Origin: Alphaproteobacteria bacterium
GTDB taxonomy: Bacteria > Pseudomonadota > Alphaproteobacteria > Rs-D84
Assembly (NCBI GenBank): GCA_017960855.1
Contig: JAGCYJ010000012.1
Location: forward strand, 5,434-69,433
Length of the DNA: 64,000 nt
Direction: 5' to 3'
Every line of letters begins with the position of its first letter. Positions within the stretch are counted from its first letter, which is position 1. A program made the translations under genes and the position numbers. Below are positions 23,586-32,865 of the stretch, one piece after another. A model generated the notes under the pieces. The model saw only the letters and a list, made by a program, of their open reading frames with translations. It had not been told where the DNA came from and did not search any database.

Positions 23586-23803
23586 TTCTTTTTAGGTTGT
23601 GGTTTTGATGGTGATGGTTTCTGAAACTCTTTATACAGCATAGATGCAGAAATATAAATAATCAATGCCGCAAAAGCAGTAATCAAGCCAGCCAACAAAC
23701 GTCCCTGGCATGACCAGATAAAGAATACGACCGCCAAGATTAACACCAGTGTGATACCGATATTCTTGGACATTACATCAACCCATTTTTTTAATGTCTT
23801 CAT
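23582..23803 (-). CDS. Small two-TM membrane protein, hypothetical
   Basis: 73 aa. The RBS AAGGAAA is present. Two hydrophobic helices are followed by a Lys/Pro-rich tail. Confidence 0.6.
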   Translation of the reverse strand: MKTLKKWVDVMSKNIGITLVLILAVVFFIWSCQGRLLAGLITAFAALIIYISASMLYKEFQKPSPSKPQPKKK

Positions 23804-23863
23804 TTTATTTCCTTTCGTTTAGATGATTTATTATATCATAAAATGTCAATTAAATACACAAAT

Positions 23864-23890
23864 AAAAACGGTCCGTAAAAGACCGTTTTT
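23864..23890. terminator. Bidirectional rho-independent terminator
   Basis: aaaaacggtc-cgtaaaa-gaccgttttt. Confidence 0.7.
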
Positions 23891-23912
23891 AATAAGGAGG
23901 ATAAATGAAACT

Positions 23913-24722
23913 TTACAAAATCACTTGGCCACCCAAACGTGAATTACGTGGAATTGGACCAAATGAAGAACGTGGGCTGACATAAATGTTGCCTGTGATG
24001 TCAAAATCGCCACAGAATTGCAACATATTGACATTGCGGATGAACATACTGCCTGTAATCTTGATATTGCACGGCAAAACATATTTGCGCATATTTTGCA
24101 GATACAAATTACCATTGATTTCAGTACCATTGTTCAACATTGTTGCGGCACCACGACTGTCGATAACAATGTCGCCATACATTTTATTGTTGATGCGTGC
24201 AGTTTGTCTTTCTGCAACAGGATCCGGGTGTACTTTGACAACACGAATCGGTTCGCCAATCATGTTATGTGTGCGATCGCGTTTGATTGGCAGAGTGCCA
24301 TAGCGTGATGCAGATTTATCGTCAGAAGATGCTTTTGCATCAGATGTGCTGACTGGTTTGGTCACTGGTTCAGCAATTACCGGCACATTTATTTTTTCAG
24401 CGACAACACTGGCTGGAACTGGATCTGTGACAATAACAACTGGCTTTCTGCGGAAGTTAATGATGTCCAAAATCAGCATAGAGCATAAAACGATAATCGC
24501 AACCAACAACACAAGGTTCAATAAACCAATAACGTTGATGCCACAAATTATACGCCACAACCAGCATAAAAATTGCCAAATTTTGCGGAATGGCCAGCAA
24601 ATAATGTACCAAAGACAAGCCCAGAAACCTGGGGTGCCATTAATACGTCTGCGACGTGCGCGGTTTTCGCGTTCAATACGGTCAGCTGCCACTCTCATTT
24701 TTAATCTTTCGAACATAGACAA
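23913..24722 (-). CDS. Hypothetical membrane-anchored protein with beta-solenoid-like C-terminus
   Basis: 269 aa. An Arg-rich N-terminus is followed by Trp/Cys-rich hydrophobic TM segments (FWACLWYIICWPF, LNLVLLVAIIVLCSMLIL). The C-terminus has short repeats (INGNLYLQN, IKITGSMFIRN, FDITGNIYVS). Confidence 0.65.
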   Translation of the reverse strand: MSMFERLKMRVAADRIERENRARRRRINGTPGFWACLWYIICWPFRKIWQFLCWLWRIICGINVIGLLNLVLLVAIIVLCSMLILDIINFRRKPVVIVTDPVPASVVAEKINVPVIAEPVTKPVSTSDAKASSDDKSASRYGTLPIKRDRTHNMIGEPIRVVKVHPDPVAERQTARINNKMYGDIVIDSRGAATMLNNGTEINGNLYLQNMRKYVLPCNIKITGSMFIRNVNMLQFCGDFDITGNIYVSPRSSFGPIPRNSRLGGQVIL

Positions 24723-24749
24723 TTCTCTTGTTTAAGTTTATTTACTCTA

Positions 24750-24777
24750 AATATAGTCAAAAATGCCGTTTTGTCAA
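24750..24777 (-). promoter_or_regulatory. sigma70-type promoter TTGACA-N16-TATATT
   Basis: The minus strand reads cTTGACAaaacggcatttttgacTATATTtag, upstream of the ATG at 24722. Confidence 0.6.
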
Positions 24778-24783
24778 GGGGTT

Positions 24784-24820
24784 TGTTGGGGCAGGGCTGG
24801 GGGACATATGTTGGGGCAGG
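24784..24820. repeat. Two direct copies of TGTTGGGGCAGG (period 25 nt) just upstream of the -35
   Basis: Copies lie at 24784-24795 and 24809-24820, read directly from the sequence. Confidence 0.8.
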
Positions 24821-24823
24821 TAA

Positions 24824-24848
24824 CATAAAAAACCGCCCAAACGGGCGG
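24824..24848 (-). terminator. Rho-independent terminator of the Cys-rich operon
   Basis: ccgccc-aaac-gggcgg. On the minus strand it is followed by ttttttatgtt. Confidence 0.75.
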
Positions 24849-24864
24849 GAAAGTTCTGTGTAGA

Positions 24865-27800
24865 TTATTTCTGTTGATTTATCAGTCCTGTGACTGCACC
24901 GACCACGATGTTTGATCCTGCCACGGTGTTAAGCAAATTTGCTAAGTTTACAAAATTAGTGGTGCAAGACCCAGCTAGCATTTTGATATCAACACGACGA
25001 CATTCTTGGTTGGCTTTAGAAGCACCTGCAGCCGGTTCTGGACATTCAGTAGCAGCAATGCCATATGAGCGAATAGAATCATTTGCGAACACGCCCTTCT
25101 TTGCAAGATAATCCGCAACTGCCTTGGCACGATCAGTAGACAATTGCTGGTTGCCACCACCTTTACCATAATATTTGCTTGTGGATTTGAATCCCTGATG
25201 ATCCGTTTTTCCTATAATCACGATGCAATAATCTTCCGGTTTGCTTAAATCTATATTTGTTGCTTTTGCATCCGTAATAAACGTATCTAACAGGGTAGTA
25301 TCTTTTAGAGTAGCTTTTCCAGAGTCAAACAAAGCGTGTTGTGTGGCATCTGCACGCAATGACGCTTGGGCAAGCGATGTACCTGTATTGGAAGCGGTGT
25401 GTGCGCAGGTTCCATCTGCTTGCGTAGTATATCCTGCTGTGGTGTTGCATGTGCAATTGCCATTTGTGTCGCTTGTATACCCCCGGGCACTATCGCAAAT
25501 ACAGCTGTTCTCGTATTCTACATACCCAGCACTTGTGTTACATGTACATTTGTTGTTACCTTCTTCAATTGCTCCTGCAACACATTTGCATTCTTGTTGT
25601 TCTTTAAGGTGTGCGGCAAGTTTACATTCCTGTGGGAGATCGTTCCCCAGGGTAGGTTCCTGAGCTGGTGTAACAGGAAGTTCTTCTACGCATTGCCCAT
25701 CCTTTTCAATTTTTGTTGAATCAGCGCAAATACAACCATTTTGTTCATCATTCACCCTGAATCCAGGACCGCATTGTATACAGCCGTCGTTTGTTAGATA
25801 TGCATTTTGGGCAGTACAGCGACAGTTTTTCAAATTTGATCCTGTTGCGCCTGGGTACATTTCTGCACAGGTTTTTTCAGGTTGTTTGTTGTCAGAATCT
25901 TGCATATGTTCAAACGGTTGTTTCATTAGTTCGTATTTCTTAATAATTTCATCTGACTTATTCGGATTGTCATGATTAACAACATAATTCGCAACACCTG
26001 AACCGACCGCACCAACACCGGCAACGACCGCACCCGCCACCAACTTCTTTTGAGTCGCAGCCCTTTGTGCAGCCCACATAGCTGCATCTTCGCCATCAGG
26101 GTACAATATAGCGCGTGCAATGGATGCATACACGCCACCGTCGATACCATCTGGGGTATATTCATACAGGCCCGTTTCTGATTTATCAATTACAACTTCG
26201 GATTCAATACCCGGACGGATACCCAACGCTTCTTTGCGTATCTTCAAATCGTTCGCCAGTTGAGCATATTCTTGGTACAGTTCAATCATGTCATTACCGC
26301 CCGGCAATTCAACATTGACTTCGCCACCCTTGATATTTTTACCGTCACCATATTCACAGTGGAATGTTTGCAGATAAGCTGCCATTGCTTGTTCTGCACT
26401 AATATCTGCTGCACGTTCAGACAGCGCCGAACCAACCATTGTACCGCCGATACCGGTCATACCAATACCCGCCGCACCAATTATACGGTTTTCCAGCGAT
26501 GTTTCTTTGTCGCGCATCTTTTGTGCATTGTCGGCCAAAGCAGCGACTTTTTCTTGGTATTGATCTTTTGTAAGGACCATTTTTGCATTACATGCCAAAC
26601 CACTTGGACTGATTTCATAGCCATTTTCACATGCGGAAACAACACATTCCAGTTTATCGTTTAATATACCAGCGGTCGCATGTTCAGGTAATTGCGGGCA
26701 GGGCATACCAACACTGGATTTGCAGGCACCATCAACCAATGTATACGCTGGTTCGTCGCATCCCGTCACTTTACAGAATTCAACACAGGCATTTTCTGAC
26801 TGGCATGCGCTTGCATCTTTTTCTTCGCCACTGGACGCGTCTTTACATGCACGTGTTGCAGCCGTCGCACCGGTCGGCATAGGATTGCACTTTGTATCAG
26901 ACCATGCTTTGCATTTCTGTTCGGTCTTGTCCCAAATCATACCGCAACCGCAATAATCGCAACTGTTGTTAGGTTCGTTCAAATTATAACCCTTGTCGCA
27001 AGCTGTAATTTTACACTCGGTGGCAACACCATTAGGGTCTTCTTTACTTATTTCAAGCTTGGACGCATGTGGGTATTTACTCAACAAATTATCTGGGCAT
27101 TTTTTGCCGATGTGATCGCTTTTTTGGACACAGCCCGTGTATGTTTTTGTTTGGTTATCCCACTGTGGTTCATAATTTGAACCTTTACATATTGGTTTGC
27201 AGACCATTTTACCAGATTTTTGTTCCCAAGTACCCTTGGCTTCGGCATGGTCTTTGTTGCCTTCGAAATCACAGTTGCCGTTTGGTGCCGTACAAATATT
27301 ATTTACGGTGTCTGGGGTATAAGGATCTTCGCATTGCTGGACAACACAAACCTCTTTACATTTCTCACCCTTGGCACAGGTCAGGTTAAATGCTTTATTG
27401 TTGTTTTGGCACATAAGTTTGCCCATACCAGTGGCATGTGCCGGCAAGCCCTTGTTGCACTGTCTGGCGGTATCATCTTTGTCTTTGCATTGACCCTGGC
27501 CACTGTAAACTTGGCCACAGCCACATTTAGAACTGACGCACATTTTACCGTCTTCTACATCCAAATTATCCTTACATTTCGTAATCTGACAGGTCTTTAC
27601 AGATCCATCGGAATTACGTTCTGTGATAACACCATCATCGGCCTTGGGATCCATTTTAGATAATATATCATCTGGACAAGTTTTCTTTACTTCTTCGCAT
27701 TTGCGGGTTTTCTTGCTGACTTCATACCCAACGGCAGCACCACAATCTTTCGGTACACAAATCTTTTGACCATTTTTCGTCAGTTCCCAGAAACCTTCTT

Positions 27801-30465
27801 TTGATGCATATTGACCACCATCCGTCACAGTACAGTCAGAATCAATGGAAACACAGATTGCGTTTTTGAGTCCCTTGTCGCCGTCCTTGATCTCAAACAG
27901 GGCGCTTTCACATGTGTCAATATAGCAATATGCTTGTTTAGGTGTTGAATTATCGCATGCCATGTGTGCTTTTTTCGCATTGTCGGGCAAACGTGGGTCG
28001 GAACGCTTGTCGCATTGTGGCGGATTATTACCCCATGCTGTACAATTTTTCTTATCACTGGATAAATTATAACCGCATTCACACTTGCTGATTATACATT
28101 CGCCACGTTTGTTAGTTGTGGTTTCCAGTGCATGATTTTGTGATATCAACTGCTTTTCTACTTCGTCTGTACATTTTTTAACACAAGTTTCGCCGTTTTC
28201 ATCGGGAACTTTTGTTTTATCTGAACATTCAGTTATTTTGCATGTCGCAATATCGCCAGTATTGACATTCCAATATTTATCATCTGGTGTTACTTCCATC
28301 TTTCTGGCGTCGGGATTTGTTATGCGATTTGGGCAAGTTTTTTTATCAAACACACATTCATACGCGGTGCCATTTAATTTTGCTTTATAGTTTTCCCAAC
28401 ACACAGGTTCGCAAGCGATAACATCATTCTTTGTACGTACTGCTTTACCTTTCAAATGTGTCTTTGCGTGGGGCAGGTTGGCATCAATATCACAAGGTGT
28501 GCCAGCAACACGAACACAATGATTTTTGCCATCAGTGCCTTTTTGGGCTTCATAATCTTTGGAATCGCAATCGTCAATTTCACATGCGGTTATTTGCCCA
28601 CCAACGAAAGCGGTTACATGACCTTTGTCCGCATGATCATCACCAGTTAGGCGTTTTAATGTACTGCCATTGCATGGTTTGCCGATTTGGTATTCACACT
28701 TTGCATTACATTTATCATTAGCATGTCCGGCGGCATCACATTTTTGTGACATACCCAAAGCATACTTATCTACGGCATAGCCATCTTCACACGATTGCAG
28801 TTCACATACACCGTTGTTGATAATTGCGGCGGTCGCATGTTGGATATAATCTTTACAATCTGTACCAGTTGTTGATAAGCAAACTGCGTTTTCACCGCTG
28901 CCGTTCATTGCGTATTTAGGCGTATCACATTCCGTCGGATAACAATATTTTGAATAATCCAATGATTGTGCTGTTTCATTCGCCGACGGAGTGGGTGCAT
29001 TAGATTTAAGGGCGGCGGCGGTTGCATGAAGGTAGTTTTTGGCCCTTGAAGAAGAACAATCAACAACACACGCGCCACTTTGTTCACGGAATCCGTCAAG
29101 ACAATTTCTGGCAACGCACCTGTTGTTGTCAACCGTCACATCGCGTGCAAAAGGTACATCACTTTTTTGACAGAGTTTACAATAAGCGTCCACGGTGTTC
29201 TGGCGTTCCAATGTGTAGCCGCCCAAACAAGCAGCAGGTATGCATTTTTCATTATTTAAAACTTTAACCGCCGTTGCATTAAATTGTTTTTTTTCGGCTT
29301 CTCCACATTTAACCGCAGAAATAGTGGCCGCGTCAATAATATTAGAATCTGGTTCCAAACGAATAACTATTCCGCTACGCAATTCGCTAGCTGGTATAAT
29401 CCTTGTTTTATACTGTAGATAGGATACTTCTGCATCAGCATTCCTTGGGAAGTTAATTATTTCAAAATGTCCGTCTGTGTCTGCTACTGCGGAATTGTGG
29501 TGCTCTAGTGTCTGACCACGTGGAGAAATCGTGGCACCAATGGCAGGTTCACTATTTTCAAGTAAAATGGTTCCTGTTATGGTGTTCAAGGCGCCTGTGC
29601 CAGAACCGTCGGTGCCACTTGAAGTATTACGAGTGGTCGAACCACTGCCGCTAACATTGCGGGTCGGTGTAGAATTGTAATTAGCATACGGTATACGCTT
29701 GCCATTATCGGATTCAGATACCGTTGTTTCATACTGCGGTTGGTCTTTGGCTTGGAACAACAAAGTGCAATGACCTTTTTTGAAAACACATTTTATTGTG
29801 AAGTTTCCTTCGGGATTGCTTTTGGCTGGGGTACTGCTTCTGTTATTCTTATCTGTGATGGTGACGTTAACCAATGGTTTGTAATTACCAGAGGATGCTT
29901 CATACACAATCTTTGCACTAAAATCTTTTGTTTCATCGCCCGCTGTTGTGGTGCCCGATGAACCGCCACCAGTGCGGGTTGTGGAGGTTGTCGAACCGCC
30001 ACCTTTACGAGTTGAGTTATTTTTGTATTTTACATGAACCTGCAAACTCTTAAAGTTATCGGGGTTAAAATTCTTTGGAATCTTTATTGGATCTGGATTT
30101 GCATAAGTTTCCAGTGCTTCTTGGCTTATAATATCAAAATAAAGTGTACCCGATTCTTCTGGTTTAAGGGCTAAACTAAATGTTGGAGAACCCGTATATG
30201 CATTTGTTGTCAATGTTTTAGCATTTTTATCATCAGGCACGAAACGTATCGTAACCCGAGGGAGAAAGGGTTCGTAGCTTTCTGGTTGTACAATGGTTCC
30301 GCCTATTATTATATAGTCTTGAAGCCGTTGTGGAATATACTGACATACTATTTGACCATTCGTTATGGCACATTGGTTTGCTTTAATGTCAAGAAATTCC
30401 GCAGCAAGCGCCGCATTGACCCCAGATAATACAAATAAAAATGCAAATAATATCTTCTTCATCAT
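24865..30465 (-). CDS. Giant (1866 aa) cysteine-rich envelope protein with C-terminal OmpA-like domain, family member E
   Basis: The signal peptide is MMKKILFAFLFVLSGVNAALAAE. There are at least 14 repeats of a C-x4-C-x2-GY-type module and glycine-zipper segments (AAGIGMTGIGGTMVGSAL; AGAVVAGVGAVGSGVA). CxC-N-x2-AGY EGF-like repeats are present. The C-terminus reads GKTDHQG...NQQLSTDRAKAVADYLAKKG...ECRRVDIKM, which is OmpA_C-like. Confidence 0.85.
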   Translation of the reverse strand: MMKKILFAFLFVLSGVNAALAAEFLDIKANQCAITNGQIVCQYIPQRLQDYIIIGGTIVQPESYEPFLPRVTIRFVPDDKNAKTLTTNAYTGSPTFSLALKPEESGTLYFDIISQEALETYANPDPIKIPKNFNPDNFKSLQVHVKYKNNSTRKGGGSTTSTTRTGGGSSGTTTAGDETKDFSAKIVYEASSGNYKPLVNVTITDKNNRSSTPAKSNPEGNFTIKCVFKKGHCTLLFQAKDQPQYETTVSESDNGKRIPYANYNSTPTRNVSGSGSTTRNTSSGTDGSGTGALNTITGTILLENSEPAIGATISPRGQTLEHHNSAVADTDGHFEIINFPRNADAEVSYLQYKTRIIPASELRSGIVIRLEPDSNIIDAATISAVKCGEAEKKQFNATAVKVLNNEKCIPAACLGGYTLERQNTVDAYCKLCQKSDVPFARDVTVDNNRCVARNCLDGFREQSGACVVDCSSSRAKNYLHATAAALKSNAPTPSANETAQSLDYSKYCYPTECDTPKYAMNGSGENAVCLSTTGTDCKDYIQHATAAIINNGVCELQSCEDGYAVDKYALGMSQKCDAAGHANDKCNAKCEYQIGKPCNGSTLKRLTGDDHADKGHVTAFVGGQITACEIDDCDSKDYEAQKGTDGKNHCVRVAGTPCDIDANLPHAKTHLKGKAVRTKNDVIACEPVCWENYKAKLNGTAYECVFDKKTCPNRITNPDARKMEVTPDDKYWNVNTGDIATCKITECSDKTKVPDENGETCVKKCTDEVEKQLISQNHALETTTNKRGECIISKCECGYNLSSDKKNCTAWGNNPPQCDKRSDPRLPDNAKKAHMACDNSTPKQAYCYIDTCESALFEIKDGDKGLKNAICVSIDSDCTVTDGGQYASKEGFWELTKNGQKICVPKDCGAAVGYEVSKKTRKCEEVKKTCPDDILSKMDPKADDGVITERNSDGSVKTCQITKCKDNLDVEDGKMCVSSKCGCGQVYSGQGQCKDKDDTARQCNKGLPAHATGMGKLMCQNNNKAFNLTCAKGEKCKEVCVVQQCEDPYTPDTVNNICTAPNGNCDFEGNKDHAEAKGTWEQKSGKMVCKPICKGSNYEPQWDNQTKTYTGCVQKSDHIGKKCPDNLLSKYPHASKLEISKEDPNGVATECKITACDKGYNLNEPNNSCDYCGCGMIWDKTEQKCKAWSDTKCNPMPTGATAATRACKDASSGEEKDASACQSENACVEFCKVTGCDEPAYTLVDGACKSSVGMPCPQLPEHATAGILNDKLECVVSACENGYEISPSGLACNAKMVLTKDQYQEKVAALADNAQKMRDKETSLENRIIGAAGIGMTGIGGTMVGSALSERAADISAEQAMAAYLQTFHCEYGDGKNIKGGEVNVELPGGNDMIELYQEYAQLANDLKIRKEALGIRPGIESEVVIDKSETGLYEYTPDGIDGGVYASIARAILYPDGEDAAMWAAQRAATQKKLVAGAVVAGVGAVGSGVANYVVNHDNPNKSDEIIKKYELMKQPFEHMQDSDNKQPEKTCAEMYPGATGSNLKNCRCTAQNAYLTNDGCIQCGPGFRVNDEQNGCICADSTKIEKDGQCVEELPVTPAQEPTLGNDLPQECKLAAHLKEQQECKCVAGAIEEGNNKCTCNTSAGYVEYENSCICDSARGYTSDTNGNCTCNTTAGYTTQADGTCAHTASNTGTSLAQASLRADATQHALFDSGKATLKDTTLLDTFITDAKATNIDLSKPEDYCIVIIGKTDHQGFKSTSKYYGKGGGNQQLSTDRAKAVADYLAKKGVFANDSIRSYGIAATECPEPAAGASKANQECRRVDIKMLAGSCTTNFVNLANLLNTVAGSNIVVGAVTGLINQQK

Positions 30466-30471
30466 ACTTTC

Positions 30472-32850
30472 CTACTGCAGTAAACGATACGCGAATGTGC
30501 ATTTGCTTTGGCCAGTATAGGTAACTTCGCATGTGCTGTTTGAACCAGAACAAATGGACTTATCAAGTTGAAGGCAAAATGCACCGTGTTCGTTAGCGGT
30601 ACTATTTTTTAATGTCGGATAATCTAGATGAAGGTAATATTTAATGCCGGTAGCAGAAGGTGAGTTTTCCACAGCAGGATAACCGAGACCGACATTGCTA
30701 TCTTTGTTCATAGAACTTTCCACAAACAAACGTATTTTTTCGCGTTCTGTGGAATCTGTGACTCTAATATTATTCGCCTGTAACTTATTCATAATGGTGG
30801 TGAACAAATCGGTATCGTTTTTGTCAATCGACGCCTTCAAACTTTCCGTGGCAGCTGCTTTCGTAATATCAGATTCCGCGATTTTCAATATCACAGTTGC
30901 TGGAACATCTTTTGCTTGTATTTCTTCGTCTTGATAGTTATCAGTTGGCAAAAGTAAAAACTGAATTATTTGTTCTGAATCTATATCGTCAATGGTATAT
31001 TTACCATCTGATCCTGTTGCTACTTCGGCATCAGAATCTTTTGCACCAACCCTTACACCAGAAACACCGTTACCATCTGGATCTACAACCCTTCCTGAAA
31101 GAGTACGTGTTTCGGCATCATATGCCATGTCAAGATCTGTAAGATTTGCCCCTTTGGCAAATATTGTTGATTCGTCTTCGGCGATAAATTGTCCCGATGT
31201 CAATGTTGCCGTTCCCAAAGAAGACACGTTGAAATTACGATCAAACGAAATGCAACCATATTCTTTGTCAAAGTGTTGTTTGCTGGGGTCTGGGCACGCA
31301 CATGTATTTTGTGATGACAACCAAGTTCCCTTTATACCACCTTTTGAACCTTCACAGATTTTCTGTAATTCGTCACTGTGCAGAGAATTCGAGATTTGGT
31401 TCGCCTGTTTACTAAGCTCATCCATGGTCTTAGTTGACCCTTTCTTTGTTCCTTCTTCTTTATCTGTATCAGTTTCGTCCAAGGTACCAACTTTGGCAAG
31501 GCATTCTTCTTCGGTCATGTCGCCATCTTCCATGCATTCTTTTAATCCTGCTTCATAGTCCTTTTCTGCCTTGTACCGGGCAATCGCACGATCAATTGCG
31601 CCAGATGTAAGCGCACCAACCGCTTGGCCAACACCAGAACCCAACATGGCCGAAGATGCCGCCGTCTGGGCACGTGTTGCGCGGAACGCATTTTCGCGGA
31701 ATGTTGTTATGTCAATTCCAAACCAATTTTGTGTGCAGTCAAATGTTGAACCTGCATATGCTTTCTTGGATGCATATAGTGTAGAATCCCCGTTGGCATA
31801 GAAATTCACCGTATAGACGCAATCTAAACTGCGTTCGTCAAACATTGCGCCCAAACGTGTGCAAACGGAACGCATCTGTTCGCGCAAATCATATAATCTG
31901 CGTTCATCGGTCGCAATTTGACGTTCGGCATTTTGACGGACTTCGCCGAATACAGACATTGTACGCATTGCCAAGCCAGAATCATATTCAACACATGATT
32001 TTGCGATGTTTTCACATTTTCTTATTGCTTCGTCGCCCGCGCTTTTACCAATACACTTGGAATAGGTCGCGCCACATTGTGCAATGATACAGGTGTCATA
32101 ATTGTTTCCGCAATCAATGGTCGCGTTGTACACCGCCAATTTTGCGTTCAAATCGCGATCGGCCTTGATTTCAGCAGAAAGTAATTGGTATTCATGACCA
32201 GTGCAATTTGTTGTGCGACGGCATGTATCCATTTTGTCAAAGAAAGTTGTGTCTGTGTCTGCAACACATTTGCCAAAATTAGAACCACATTTTTGTATCA
32301 TGCATTCGCGCAACATGCTATCGCAGGCATTTTCGCCAGTACCAGATAAGTCGGTTGCCATAACCTTGGCCGCAGATACTGTATCCGCTGCATCCAGCGC
32401 GGCACGTTGAATACGAACCAATTCAGCCAATGTTGTCGCCGAAGAATCAAGTTCAGATGACGATTGCGATGACAATGTTGTACTAAATTGTGACGACTTG
32501 TTTTCAACCTTGGATGTATCAGCAACAAATTCTTCTTTCTTTTGTGTTTGCTGTGACGAAGAACTGGTCGTTGTGGTTGTCGTCGTAGTTGTTGATGACG
32601 ACGAAGTTGAATTTGACGTAGATGATGAATTAGAGGTTGATGTGCCTTTAGAAGAGGAACCAGAACCTGTCTTGACCGACATTGTTGGCATACGCGAAGC
32701 CGCAGATGTTGGGCGCGATGCAGATGCCTTGGCCGTGGTTGATGACGGACGTGGAACCACATTAGCCGCCGTCGCATCCGCAAACGTTGCCAAGACAGCA
32801 ACAATTATGCCATAAATGCTTTTGTTCAAGATTCCGTTTCTGTACATCAT
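30472..32850 (-). CDS. Cysteine-rich secreted/envelope protein, family member D
   Basis: 792 aa. A signal peptide is present, followed by a Ser/Thr-rich tract (SSSTSNSTSSSSTTTTTTTTT). C-x6-C-x4-C motifs are present (CDSMLRECMIQKC, CGNNYDTCIIAQC), as is a glycine zipper (LGSGVGQAVGALTSGAI). A CarboxypepD_reg-like segment is present (LSGRVVDPDGNGVSGVRVGAKDSDAEVATGSDGKYTIDDI). It lies 6 nt upstream of member E. Confidence 0.85.
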   Translation of the reverse strand: MMYRNGILNKSIYGIIVAVLATFADATAANVVPRPSSTTAKASASRPTSAASRMPTMSVKTGSGSSSKGTSTSNSSSTSNSTSSSSTTTTTTTTTSSSSQQTQKKEEFVADTSKVENKSSQFSTTLSSQSSSELDSSATTLAELVRIQRAALDAADTVSAAKVMATDLSGTGENACDSMLRECMIQKCGSNFGKCVADTDTTFFDKMDTCRRTTNCTGHEYQLLSAEIKADRDLNAKLAVYNATIDCGNNYDTCIIAQCGATYSKCIGKSAGDEAIRKCENIAKSCVEYDSGLAMRTMSVFGEVRQNAERQIATDERRLYDLREQMRSVCTRLGAMFDERSLDCVYTVNFYANGDSTLYASKKAYAGSTFDCTQNWFGIDITTFRENAFRATRAQTAASSAMLGSGVGQAVGALTSGAIDRAIARYKAEKDYEAGLKECMEDGDMTEEECLAKVGTLDETDTDKEEGTKKGSTKTMDELSKQANQISNSLHSDELQKICEGSKGGIKGTWLSSQNTCACPDPSKQHFDKEYGCISFDRNFNVSSLGTATLTSGQFIAEDESTIFAKGANLTDLDMAYDAETRTLSGRVVDPDGNGVSGVRVGAKDSDAEVATGSDGKYTIDDIDSEQIIQFLLLPTDNYQDEEIQAKDVPATVILKIAESDITKAAATESLKASIDKNDTDLFTTIMNKLQANNIRVTDSTEREKIRLFVESSMNKDSNVGLGYPAVENSPSATGIKYYLHLDYPTLKNSTANEHGAFCLQLDKSICSGSNSTCEVTYTGQSKCTFAYRLLQ

Positions 32851-32865
32851 TTTAACACAATCCGT

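Noticed and set aside
23905-23985. A 26-codon plus-strand ORF (MKLYKITWPPKRELRGIGPNEERGLT) preceded by a perfect TAAGGAGG SD.
   Set aside because: It lies antisense to the 3' end of the 23913-24722 gene, immediately after a bidirectional terminator, and has no promoter of its own. The SD-like sequence may be fortuitous. It is worth a Ribo-seq look but is not supportable from sequence alone.
32498-32815. A 105-aa plus-strand ORF encoding VVVVVVVVDDDEVEFDVDDE.
   Set aside because: It is the antisense image of the Ser/Thr-rich tract of member D.
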